Below are positions 31,014-38,605 of a DNA stretch of 64,000 nt, one piece after another; position 1 is the first letter of the stretch, and every line of letters begins with the position of its first letter. The DNA is taken from positions 10,102-74,101 of the forward strand of contig JAQVLT010000006.1 in NCBI GenBank assembly GCA_028704015.1, read 5' to 3'. The notes beneath the pieces were generated by a model, which ran no database searches, was not told the origin of the DNA, and saw only the letters and a program-made list of their open reading frames with translations. The DNA is from Patescibacteria group bacterium. GTDB taxonomy: Bacteria > Patescibacteriota > Patescibacteriia > Patescibacteriales > JAQVLT01. Both the position numbers and the translations under genes were made by a program.

Positions 31014-31078
31014 TAATTTTTAAAGTAAAATTATACGGACATAAGCCTGCAAGGGTTCAATTTCAAATAAACTCATAA

Positions 31079-31897
31079 TTACAACGGACTTTTGATATTT
31101 TTTAAACTTGGTTTTGTCACCTGCGTATAAATTTGAGTAGTCCTGATATTGCAATGACCCAAGAGCTCCTGCACATATCTCACGTCTGTGCCGTTTTCTA
31201 AAAGATGCGTAGCAAAACTATGACGCAATGAATGGAAAGTTGCGTCTTTTTTTATTTTAGCTTTGGTCAAGGCATTTTCAAAAATCTTCTGCGCCGTTCT
31301 GTCGGTTAGCTTGCCGCCTTGATTACTTTCAAAAACCAAATCTTCGCCTCGCCTTCCCGCCAAATAATTTTTTAATTCTTCCCGCAATTTCTCCGGCAGA
31401 AGCGTAACCCGATCTTTTTTTCCTTTAGCTTCTTTCAAGTGAATAAAATTATTGGCGAAATCGACATCTTTTACTTTTAAATTTATGGCCTCGCTCACTC
31501 GGAAGCCAGCACCGTAAGATAAGGCAACCAATAGTTTGTGTTTGCCATTGCTTATCGCACCAATCACTTCTTCAATTTCCTCGCGCGACAAAACCACCGG
31601 CAATTTTTTGGAAGTCTTGGCAAATTTTAAATCAATCGCCACCGCGCTTTTAAAAATTTCCCGGTAAAGATGTTTAATGGCGTTGAGATGAAGATTTATC
31701 GTCTGCGACGACAAACCGCGTTCTTGTTTTTTCAGCAAATATTTTTTTATCAACTCAATCTCCGGATCTTTTTTGACTACTTTAATAAATTTAAAATAAT
31801 CAACCAAGCAACCAAGGTAGCTCTTAATCGTTTGCCGGCTGTAATTCCGCAGTTTTAATTCATTCTCAATTTTTACCAACAACTCTTTAAATTCCAT
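31079..31897 (-). CDS. tyrosine recombinase, integron-integrase-like but lacking the IntI-specific insertion
   Basis: 272 aa. Box I GAGFRVSEAINLKVKDVDF, KGKKDR, box II HSLRHSFATHLLENGTDVRYVQELLGHCNIRTTQIYTQV (R..H-x-x-R..H..Y). N-terminal SAM-like RNYSRQTIKSYL. Confidence 0.9.
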   Translation of the reverse strand: MEFKELLVKIENELKLRNYSRQTIKSYLGCLVDYFKFIKVVKKDPEIELIKKYLLKKQERGLSSQTINLHLNAIKHLYREIFKSAVAIDLKFAKTSKKLPVVLSREEIEEVIGAISNGKHKLLVALSYGAGFRVSEAINLKVKDVDFANNFIHLKEAKGKKDRVTLLPEKLREELKNYLAGRRGEDLVFESNQGGKLTDRTAQKIFENALTKAKIKKDATFHSLRHSFATHLLENGTDVRYVQELLGHCNIRTTQIYTQVTKPSLKNIKSPL

Positions 31898-32007
31898 ATT
31901 ATTATGTTATACTTAACAACAAGAGTGCTGTTACTAACAAAATACCAAAATTTCGCATAATATACAACGACAAGTAGTTAATTAACATAAAATTCGTATA
32001 AAAACTA

Positions 32008-32186
32008 GTTCCGCCGAAATCGCTCGCTTACGCTCGCTCCTTTTCGGCGGAACGGCTTCGGAATCCTTCCTCGTCCCGCTCAGTCGCTCGCTCACGCTCG
32101 CGACATCGCGGAACTCGGAATACGCGAAATTGCCTTTCGTCCCGAAGCGTCGGGACTCCGGCAACTTCGCTTATTCCGAAGCCGTT
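32008..32186 (+). repeat. 179-bp GC-rich ORF-less element, copy E1 (at the attI-like junction)
   Basis: GTTCCGCCGAAA...TTTCGGCGGAAC hairpin, then a GGCTTCGGAAT...ATTCCGAAGCC long stem, bounded by GTT on both sides. Identical to E2 and E3 by eye. Confidence 0.95.
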
Positions 32187-32290
32187 ATACGCCATAATAA
32201 AAAGCCTCTTTTATTTTTAGTAATAATTTTGGCAATTTATTTTGTGAGGTCGACGTATAATTTTTTAAGTAATATTAATTAACAAAAAAT

Positions 32291-32581
32291 ATGCGAGACA
32301 AAATTACATTTACACAAAACAACCCAGGAGGACAAACTGGATTTGACAGATTCGAAGAAATTATTACGACATTAAACCCCGATCTTCAGGCCATCCTGAA
32401 GAGAATTCCTGAAGAAAAAATTGCACAAATGCTTAAAACATTCGGTGAAGCCGGAATAACGCCTGATAAAATAAATTTCACATCTGCTCTACCTAACTTT
32501 TCTTCTAAAGATAATAATGTTATTTTTACTGGGACCAAGGCCGACGGCGAAGAAGTTAAATATGGTATTGATGTGGCTTAG
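32291..32581 (+). CDS. hypothetical protein (cassette C1)
   Basis: 96 aa. The ORF is bracketed by an about 45 bp inverted repeat (32193-32243 / 32586-32631). Confidence 0.55.
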   Translation: MRDKITFTQNNPGGQTGFDRFEEIITTLNPDLQAILKRIPEEKIAQMLKTFGEAGITPDKINFTSALPNFSSKDNNVIFTGTKADGEEVKYGIDVA

Positions 32582-32631
32582 GATAAATTAAATTGCCAAA
32601 ATTATTTTATTAATAGAGGCTTTTTATTACA

Positions 32632-32833
32632 GCGTATAACAACGCATATCTGGCTACGGAAATTGTGCATTAATAGAAACCTTGAGGTGGCACAATTTCC
32701 TCCGCCCAAATCCCGCACTAATTTTTGTGGGATTTGGATGGAGTTAAGCATTTAAAGAAGTTTGCATTAATTTATTGCTTGTTTAAGAAACAACGAAAAA
32801 TTAGCGCGGGACTTCAGATGATGCGTAAACGTT
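32632..32833 (+). other. attC-like site 1
   Basis: GCGTATAAC-AA-CGCATATCTGG ... CTTCAGATGATGCG-TAAAC-GTT. Confidence 0.65.
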
Positions 32834-33009
32834 CCGCCGAAATCGCTCGCTTACGCTCGCTCCTTTTCGGCGGAACGGCTTCGGAATCCTTCCTCGTCCC
32901 GCTCAGTCGCTCGCTCACGCTCGCGACATCGCGGAACTCGGAATACGCGAAATTGCCTTTCGTCCCGAAGCGTCGGGACTCCGGCAACTTCGCTTATTCC
33001 GAAGCCGTT
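32831..33009 (+). repeat. 179-bp element copy E2
   Basis: Identical to E1 by eye. It starts at the GTT of attC-like site 1. Confidence 0.95.
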
Positions 33010-33089
33010 AGGCGACATATTTTAAAAACGATTCCAAAAACTTTTTTTATCGCCTTCGGCGATTTGGGGGCGAAAACTTTTTTTATTTT

Positions 33090-33098
33090 TGTTATAAT
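33090..33098 (+). promoter_or_regulatory. extended -10 element TGTTATAAT, 6 nt before ATG 33105 (possible leaderless transcript)
   Basis: Sequence tttTGTTATAATgaatacATG. No convincing -35. Confidence 0.4.
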
Positions 33099-33104
33099 GA
33101 ATAC

Positions 33105-33335
33105 ATGAATACTAAACCTTACTACAAATACAAAGATTTTTCTCTTTTTCACGGCAACTGCCTTGATATTTTAGCTAAAATTCCAGAAAATTCGGTTGAT
33201 ATGATCTTCGCCGATCCACCCTACCTACTCTCAAATGGCGGTTTTACCTGTCATGCTGGTCAAATGGTTAGCGTAAATAAAGGCCAGTGGGATGTAAGCA
33301 ACGGCCTAAAGAAAGATTTTGAATTTCATCTATGA
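33105..33335 (+). pseudogene. 5' fragment of a DpnA-like (beta-class, DPPY) N6-adenine DNA methyltransferase
   Basis: 76 aa. TKPYYKYKDF...SVDMIFADPPYLLSNGGF...VSVNKGQWD closely parallels the N-terminus of M2.DpnII (DpnA) as I recall it. It stops after about 25 percent of the expected length, and its TGA overlaps the next ATG. Confidence 0.7.
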
Positions 33336-34099
33336 AAATAATTTTTAATACAGCTCTTGCAAATAAATATACTAGCTTATCTCAAAAAGCCAGAGTTTTA
33401 ACTGAAACATGGGTTGACAATGAAATATTTTGTCCGAGTTGTGGGACAAATATTGAAAATTATGAAAATAATCGTCCAGTAGCTGATTTTTATTGCCCAA
33501 ATTGCAAAGAGGAATATGAATTAAAAAGCAAAAAAGATGGTTTGTCTAAAAAAATTGTTGATGGAGCTTATAAAACAATGCTTGAGAGATTAAAAAGCAA
33601 TAATAATCCGAACTTTTTTTTCTTAAATTACAATCCGATAAAATATGAGGTTTTAAACTTCTTGGTTATCCCAAAACATTTTTTTGTCCCTGATATCATC
33701 GAGAGAAGAAAACCATTATCAGAAAACGCTAGACGAGCTGGCTGGATAGGTTGTAATATCTTGCTTCAAGCTATTCCGCAAAGCGGAAAAATATTTTATA
33801 TAAAAAATGGAAATATTGAGAGCAAAGAGGATGTCTTAAAAAATTGGCAAAAAACTTTATTTTTAAGAGACTCAGACAAAGCTGAATTAAAAGGCTGGAT
33901 TTTAGATATAATGAGTTGTATTGATAAATTGAATAAAATAGAATTCTCTCTCGATGAAATTTATAATTTTGAAAACATTTTAAGCAAAAAACATCCGGAA
34001 AATAGACACATCAAAGATAAAATAAGGCAGCAACTACAATTTCTGAGAGACAAGGGGTATTTGAAATTTTTAGACAGAGGAAAATATAAATTAGTTTAA
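33332..34099 (+). CDS. DpnI-like methyl-directed (type IIM) restriction endonuclease
   Basis: 255 aa, collinear with remembered DpnI. SQKARVLTETWV, CPSC...NNRPVADFYCPNC zinc ribbon, EYELKSKK (D-EXK), NNPNFFFL, ARRAGWIGCNI, and the C-terminal wH IRQQLQFLRDKGYL..GRGKYKL. Confidence 0.8.
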   Translation: MKIIFNTALANKYTSLSQKARVLTETWVDNEIFCPSCGTNIENYENNRPVADFYCPNCKEEYELKSKKDGLSKKIVDGAYKTMLERLKSNNNPNFFFLNYNPIKYEVLNFLVIPKHFFVPDIIERRKPLSENARRAGWIGCNILLQAIPQSGKIFYIKNGNIESKEDVLKNWQKTLFLRDSDKAELKGWILDIMSCIDKLNKIEFSLDEIYNFENILSKKHPENRHIKDKIRQQLQFLRDKGYLKFLDRGKYKLV

Positions 34100-34301
34100 A
34101 ATTATGGAAATCAACATCAGCCCTTTACTGGCAAAAAATATTTTACGAATTAATTTTCTCACAAGAATAAAAATTATGTGCCGCGGATATAGTGAAGATA
34201 AAAAAAATTTCACCGAGCTTGTTTGGCCAGACGACAAAGATCTTGATTTTTACAACAAGAAAGATTATCCGCAATTTCAACTTTGGTTTATTTGAATTTA
34301 A

Positions 34302-35144
34302 ATGAAATATTCTATGGAAACTAATCATATTGCTATTTTTAAAGGCAAATCAATTAGAAAAACTATTTTTCATAACGAGTGGTGGTTTTCGGTAATTGAC
34401 GTTGTCGAAGCTCTAACCGGTACGGGCAGACCTAGAAAATATTGGAATGATTTAAAGAAAAAGCTACTAAGCGAAGGATTTTTTGAAGTGTCCGAAAAAA
34501 TCGGACAGTTTAAATTAATGGCTTCAGACGGCAAAATAAGAGAAACTGACTGCGCCGATACCGAGACAATGTTTCGTATTATTCAATCTATTCCATCACC
34601 AAACGCCGAACCATTTAAGCGCTGGCTAGCTAAAGTTGGTTACGAAAGAACCCAAGAAATTGAGAATCCTGAGCTGGGAATTAAAAGAACAAAGACTCTT
34701 TACAAACTTAAAGGATATTCTGAGGACTGGATTGAAAAGCGCATGCGTGGTATTACTATACGTGAAGAATGGACCGATGAATGGAAAAAACGAGGCGTTA
34801 AGGAAAATATCGAGTTTGCTATCTTAACCGCCGAAATATCAAAAGCAACTTTCGGCATGACACCAAGCCAATACAAAAAATTTAAAGGCTTAAAACGAGA
34901 AAATTTGCGAGACCACATGGACGACCTTGAATTAATTTTTTCTATGCTCGGCGAAGCTTCAACTACAAAGATTACTAGAAGCAAAAATGCAAATGGTTTT
35001 ATCGAGAATAAAACTGCCGCCCAGAAAGGCGGAAAAATCGCGGGTGATGCCAGGCGAAAACTTGAGGTTGAATCCGGCGACAAGGTTATTACTAGAAAAA
35101 ATTATTTAATAGGCGCTCAAAATCTTAAAAAACTAAAAAAATAA
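34302..35144 (+). CDS. Bro-N domain protein (antirepressor/DinD-like)
   Basis: 280 aa with the N-terminus IAIFKGKSIRKTIFHNEWWFSVIDVVEAL, typical of Bro-N. Confidence 0.65.
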   Translation: MKYSMETNHIAIFKGKSIRKTIFHNEWWFSVIDVVEALTGTGRPRKYWNDLKKKLLSEGFFEVSEKIGQFKLMASDGKIRETDCADTETMFRIIQSIPSPNAEPFKRWLAKVGYERTQEIENPELGIKRTKTLYKLKGYSEDWIEKRMRGITIREEWTDEWKKRGVKENIEFAILTAEISKATFGMTPSQYKKFKGLKRENLRDHMDDLELIFSMLGEASTTKITRSKNANGFIENKTAAQKGGKIAGDARRKLEVESGDKVITRKNYLIGAQNLKKLKK

Positions 35145-35250
35145 AAAAATTTTCGCCCCAAATCTAATTCGCTTCGCGAATTATAAAAAAAGTTTTTGGA
35201 ATCGTTTTTAAAATACGCTAAAGCCACGCTGCGCTCTCGCTATCGCTCGG

Positions 35251-35348
35251 GTCGCCTAACAACCGATATCCGGTTCGGGGCTCAGCTCGCCCCTCTCCCA
35301 TATTTTTGCTCCCGTTGGTCGCAAAAACATCGGATATCGCGAAACGTT
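35251..35348 (+). other. attC-like site 2
   Basis: GTCGCCTAAC-AA-CCGATATCCGG ... CATCGGATATCG-CGAAAC-GTT. Its R'' is the exact reverse complement of GTTAGGCGAC at 33007. Confidence 0.7.
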
Positions 35349-35524
35349 CCGCCGAAATCGCTCGCTTACGCTCGCTCCTTTTCGGCGGAACGGCTTCGGA
35401 ATCCTTCCTCGTCCCGCTCAGTCGCTCGCTCACGCTCGCGACATCGCGGAACTCGGAATACGCGAAATTGCCTTTCGTCCCGAAGCGTCGGGACTCCGGC
35501 AACTTCGCTTATTCCGAAGCCGTT
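35346..35524 (+). repeat. 179-bp element copy E3
   Basis: Identical to E1 by eye. Confidence 0.95.
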
Positions 35525-35544
35525 ATATGACATTTTAAAAAAAT

Positions 35545-35922
35545 ATGAATACGGAGCAATTGAAAAACAACAAATATTTTCTAGGATGCTATACAGACCC
35601 CGGAGCGTTTAACGGGTGGCAAATTGGGTCATTTTTTCCTGAAAACCATCCGTGCAGAACTGACATGGTTGAATTATTGTATAAAGAGCATGCCGCCGGA
35701 GATACAGAAAAGCCCCATTACCACAAACAAAAAATTGAATTAATAATCATGCTCGAGGGACAAGCCAAGTATAACGTAAACGGAAAAGATGTTCTGTTAG
35801 AAAACAGCAATTTTTTATTTGTAGATACAAACAATGTTATTTACGGGGAATTTCTAAAGCCTTCGAAAATATTTGTAGTGCACACACCTAGCCTGCCTAA
35901 GGATAAAACTTTAATTGAGTAG
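35545..35922 (+). CDS. cupin-fold protein (cassette C3)
   Basis: 125 aa with the HYH..E..LEG cupin-like motif PHYHKQKIELIIMLEG. Confidence 0.55.
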   Translation: MNTEQLKNNKYFLGCYTDPGAFNGWQIGSFFPENHPCRTDMVELLYKEHAAGDTEKPHYHKQKIELIIMLEGQAKYNVNGKDVLLENSNFLFVDTNNVIYGEFLKPSKIFVVHTPSLPKDKTLIE

Positions 35923-35938
35923 AAATTTTTTTAAAACA

Positions 35939-36058
35939 TCATATAACAAAGAATATCTGGTTCAAGAATTTTTCTTGTTAATGTATAAGGAGTAAAAATT
36001 CTTTCACCCAAATTTTATTTCACTACGTTCAATAAAACTTCAGATATTCTTATACGTT
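35939..36058 (+). other. attC-like site 3
   Basis: TCATATAAC-AAA-GAATATCTGG ... TTCAGATATTC-TTATAC-GTT. Confidence 0.65.
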
Positions 36059-36232
36059 CCGCCGAAATCGCTCGCTTACGCTCGCTCCTTTTCGGCGGAA
36101 CGGCTTCGGAATCCTTCCTCGTCCCGCTCAGTCGCTCGCAAGCTCGCGACATCGCGGAACTCGGAATACGCGAAATTGCCTTTCGTCCCGAAGCGTCGGG
36201 ACTCCGGCAACTTCGCTTATTCCGAAGCCGTT
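36056..36232 (+). repeat. 177-bp element copy E4 (short variant GCTCGCAAGCTCGC)
   Basis: Same as E1 except for a 2-nt shorter inner hairpin. Confidence 0.95.
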
Positions 36233-36376
36233 AGCTGAAATATATATTTTTCTTTTGCCCTGCGGGGCAACTCTTAAAAAGAATTCAATTTTTGTTTTTT
36301 TATTAATTAGAAAGGGGTAATAAGTGTTTTCTTCGCTACGCTACAAAAACGATTTATTAATTAATCCAAAAAATAT

Positions 36377-38548
36377 ATGAAGAAACAATTAACAATTCTA
36401 CTAATTCTAACTTTTATTTTAGGGTTAGTGCCTTTCAATTTTTCAGAGGCGATTACTCAAAATCAAATTAGTGCCGAGGTTCAAATTGTTTGCCCGGACA
36501 ACTACGGAAATTGGTATAGCGGTTCGGGAACAATCATTGATCCTAAAGGAATTATTTTGACAAATAAGCACGTGGTATCCGACCAATATGGCGGAATTAT
36601 AAAAACCTGCTTTATTGGCTTTACGGAATCCATAAGCCAAGAACCAAATTTTGGTACTGAAACAAACCCAAATTTGGCAGAGGTAAAGTATTATACGACT
36701 GCAAATGATATGGATGCGGCTATCTTGTATCTCAATAATCTAACAAATAAAAGCTACGCTTATGTTGATATATGGAATTCCAACTCAAACGCTTTGCAAT
36801 TCGGCCACAAAATTGAAGCTATTGGTTTTCCCGGTATTGGCGGCTCGACAATAACTTATACTTCTGGCGATTTTAGTGGTTTTGGTAGTACGTCAGACGG
36901 AACACAAAATTACCTAAAGGCCACAACTCCACTCGAACATGGCAACTCTGGTGGTGCGGCATATAATCCAACAGGGCAATTTATCGGCATTCCAACAATG
37001 GTGGTTGCTGGCACTTTAAATTCTTTAAGTTATATCTTATCCGTCAATAGTATTAAAAGTTGGTTGTCTGGGATTTTAGGAAATAATTATCAACAAGAGG
37101 TTATCGAGCAAAAACCAATCGTAGAAAAACCAAAAGTCAGCGTGCAGAACGATATCACGCCGCCCGACATTAGTAAGTATAAACCAATTGCTACATGGAA
37201 TACGTTTATTTATTATGATTTATATAATAAAAATAATGAAACAATAAAAATGGGTCAATCAATAGATAATAAAATTATTCAAACTGGCATTTCTAACAAA
37301 ATTTCCTTATACACAAGCTACTCAGGAGATAAGACTTGGAATAAAACTATGGGTTATGACGTGGTTGAAAGTGAAAGCGGACTTTACAGTGTTTATTATA
37401 AATTCTCAAATAGTTTATCAGGATTAAACGATAAACCTTATGAAGAACAGGTGTTAAAATTAGATCTTGGCAGAACTGCAATTACTCCAATAATTGAATT
37501 ACCCGATAAAGAAGGCAGTTATTATTTTTCAATTAAATTTAAAGATAACGCAGGGAATGTTTCAAATGAATACATTTTAACGTATACATATTTAAAAGAG
37601 CATTATAAAGAATTAAAAACTTTGTATTTTTATTCTGATAAAAATTATAAAAATCTAATTGGTAGTTACGACATGAACTTTCTCTTTGATGGTTTTGATT
37701 ATTTGCGATGTATCACAAAATATAATACTGTCTATGTTCGATGGAAATATGATGATGACGATCAATTTCCTGGTTATGTAGCGAGAATCTTCCCTGACGA
37801 TATGTACGCGCTCAACCCTTCGGATACTATCAATAATAAAAACCTATCTTTAATAACAAATAATAAAATTCCCGTATATAATATAAATAAGTCAACAAAA
37901 GACGATCATGTATCCGATCTAAAAATATGCATGGATAAAAACGATACTCTGTGCAATTTAAGTGGCCAGGTAACATCGCTTTTGCTAAAACCAGTTGCAA
38001 ATAAGGACCTTTTTTTGGAAGGCAAAAATACTGTTGTAAAATTTCATTACAATTCAAATTTTGATCAAGGGTTTATGTGTGGATATCCTGATATAGAAAA
38101 TGAAAGTAAGCGCAATGCCATAGGAGAACCAAATTATTATATTCTAACTCAAGGTAATACTAATGCATCTAATGATTTATCGGAAAAGTTAAGCGGCCGC
38201 ATATTATTGCAAGTTGAAGCTCATGGTGAAGCTTATTATGTATATCCTAAAGACGGCAAAAGATACTATATGGCCAACGGTAATGAAGCATACAGAATAA
38301 TGAGATATTTAGGTGTTGGTATAACCAACAACGATTTGAATAAAATCAAAAATGATAAAAATTTCGCTAAAAAACACAGCGGAAAAATATTTTTGCAGGT
38401 TGAATCTCGTGGCGAAGCCTATTATATAGACTTTAACGGCAACGCCCATTATCTAAAGGATGGCGCCGCTGCATATACCGCCATGAGAGAATTAGGGCTT
38501 GGGATTACTAATAATAATTTAAATAAAATTCCAGAAGGAAGATTGTGA
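36377..38548 (+). CDS. secreted trypsin-like (S1/S1C-type) serine peptidase with large C-terminal extension and two terminal repeats
   Basis: 723 aa. Signal peptide or TM, TNKHV (His), DMDAAIL (Asp), GNSGGAAY (Ser). Two about 55-aa C-terminal repeats (LQVEaHGEAYY...GITNNdLNKI). Confidence 0.7.
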   Translation: MKKQLTILLILTFILGLVPFNFSEAITQNQISAEVQIVCPDNYGNWYSGSGTIIDPKGIILTNKHVVSDQYGGIIKTCFIGFTESISQEPNFGTETNPNLAEVKYYTTANDMDAAILYLNNLTNKSYAYVDIWNSNSNALQFGHKIEAIGFPGIGGSTITYTSGDFSGFGSTSDGTQNYLKATTPLEHGNSGGAAYNPTGQFIGIPTMVVAGTLNSLSYILSVNSIKSWLSGILGNNYQQEVIEQKPIVEKPKVSVQNDITPPDISKYKPIATWNTFIYYDLYNKNNETIKMGQSIDNKIIQTGISNKISLYTSYSGDKTWNKTMGYDVVESESGLYSVYYKFSNSLSGLNDKPYEEQVLKLDLGRTAITPIIELPDKEGSYYFSIKFKDNAGNVSNEYILTYTYLKEHYKELKTLYFYSDKNYKNLIGSYDMNFLFDGFDYLRCITKYNTVYVRWKYDDDDQFPGYVARIFPDDMYALNPSDTINNKNLSLITNNKIPVYNINKSTKDDHVSDLKICMDKNDTLCNLSGQVTSLLLKPVANKDLFLEGKNTVVKFHYNSNFDQGFMCGYPDIENESKRNAIGEPNYYILTQGNTNASNDLSEKLSGRILLQVEAHGEAYYVYPKDGKRYYMANGNEAYRIMRYLGVGITNNDLNKIKNDKNFAKKHSGKIFLQVESRGEAYYIDFNGNAHYLKDGAAAYTAMRELGLGITNNNLNKIPEGRL

Positions 38549-38605
38549 TAGCAAAATAGAAACGATAAATATAAATTTTAAAAAATTAGCCTTAAACAAA
38601 AAACA

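Noticed and set aside
31982-32164. Recurrent ORFs translating as MPESRRFGTKGNFAYSEFRDVASVSERLSGTRKDSEAVPPKRSERKRAISAE. They occur here and also at 35218-35502, 39936-40148, 47845-48159 and 48838-49293. Plus-strand partners lie at 32725-33108, 35196-35612, 35306-35530, 39908-40327, 40042-40272, 47961-48206 and 47993-48223.
   Set aside because: They are simply readings of the 179-bp GC-rich repeat, which is stop-poor in several frames because of its composition. They start at TTG or other non-ATG codons, lack an SD, and extend into unrelated flanks differently at each copy. Conservation is at the DNA and hairpin level.
32008-32186. The 179-bp element as a group IIC-attC intron, an IS1111-attC element, or an IS110-type bridge RNA.
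   Set aside because: There is no reverse transcriptase or DEDD transposase ORF in or next to any copy. The element is far too short for an intron or IS. The attC-targeting analogy is kept only as a hypothesis in the findings.
34104-34295. A 63-aa ORF between the DpnI-like and Bro-N genes (and the antisense ORF at 34143-34328).
   Set aside because: It has no SD, a low-complexity AT-rich composition, an overlapping antisense ORF of equal length, and no motif. It is not reported as a gene, although a DpnD-like partner cannot be excluded.
34302-35144. The Bro-N/antirepressor-like gene as an indication of a prophage.
   Set aside because: There are no capsid, tail, terminase or lysis genes nearby. 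The gene sits inside a cassette bounded by attC-like sites.
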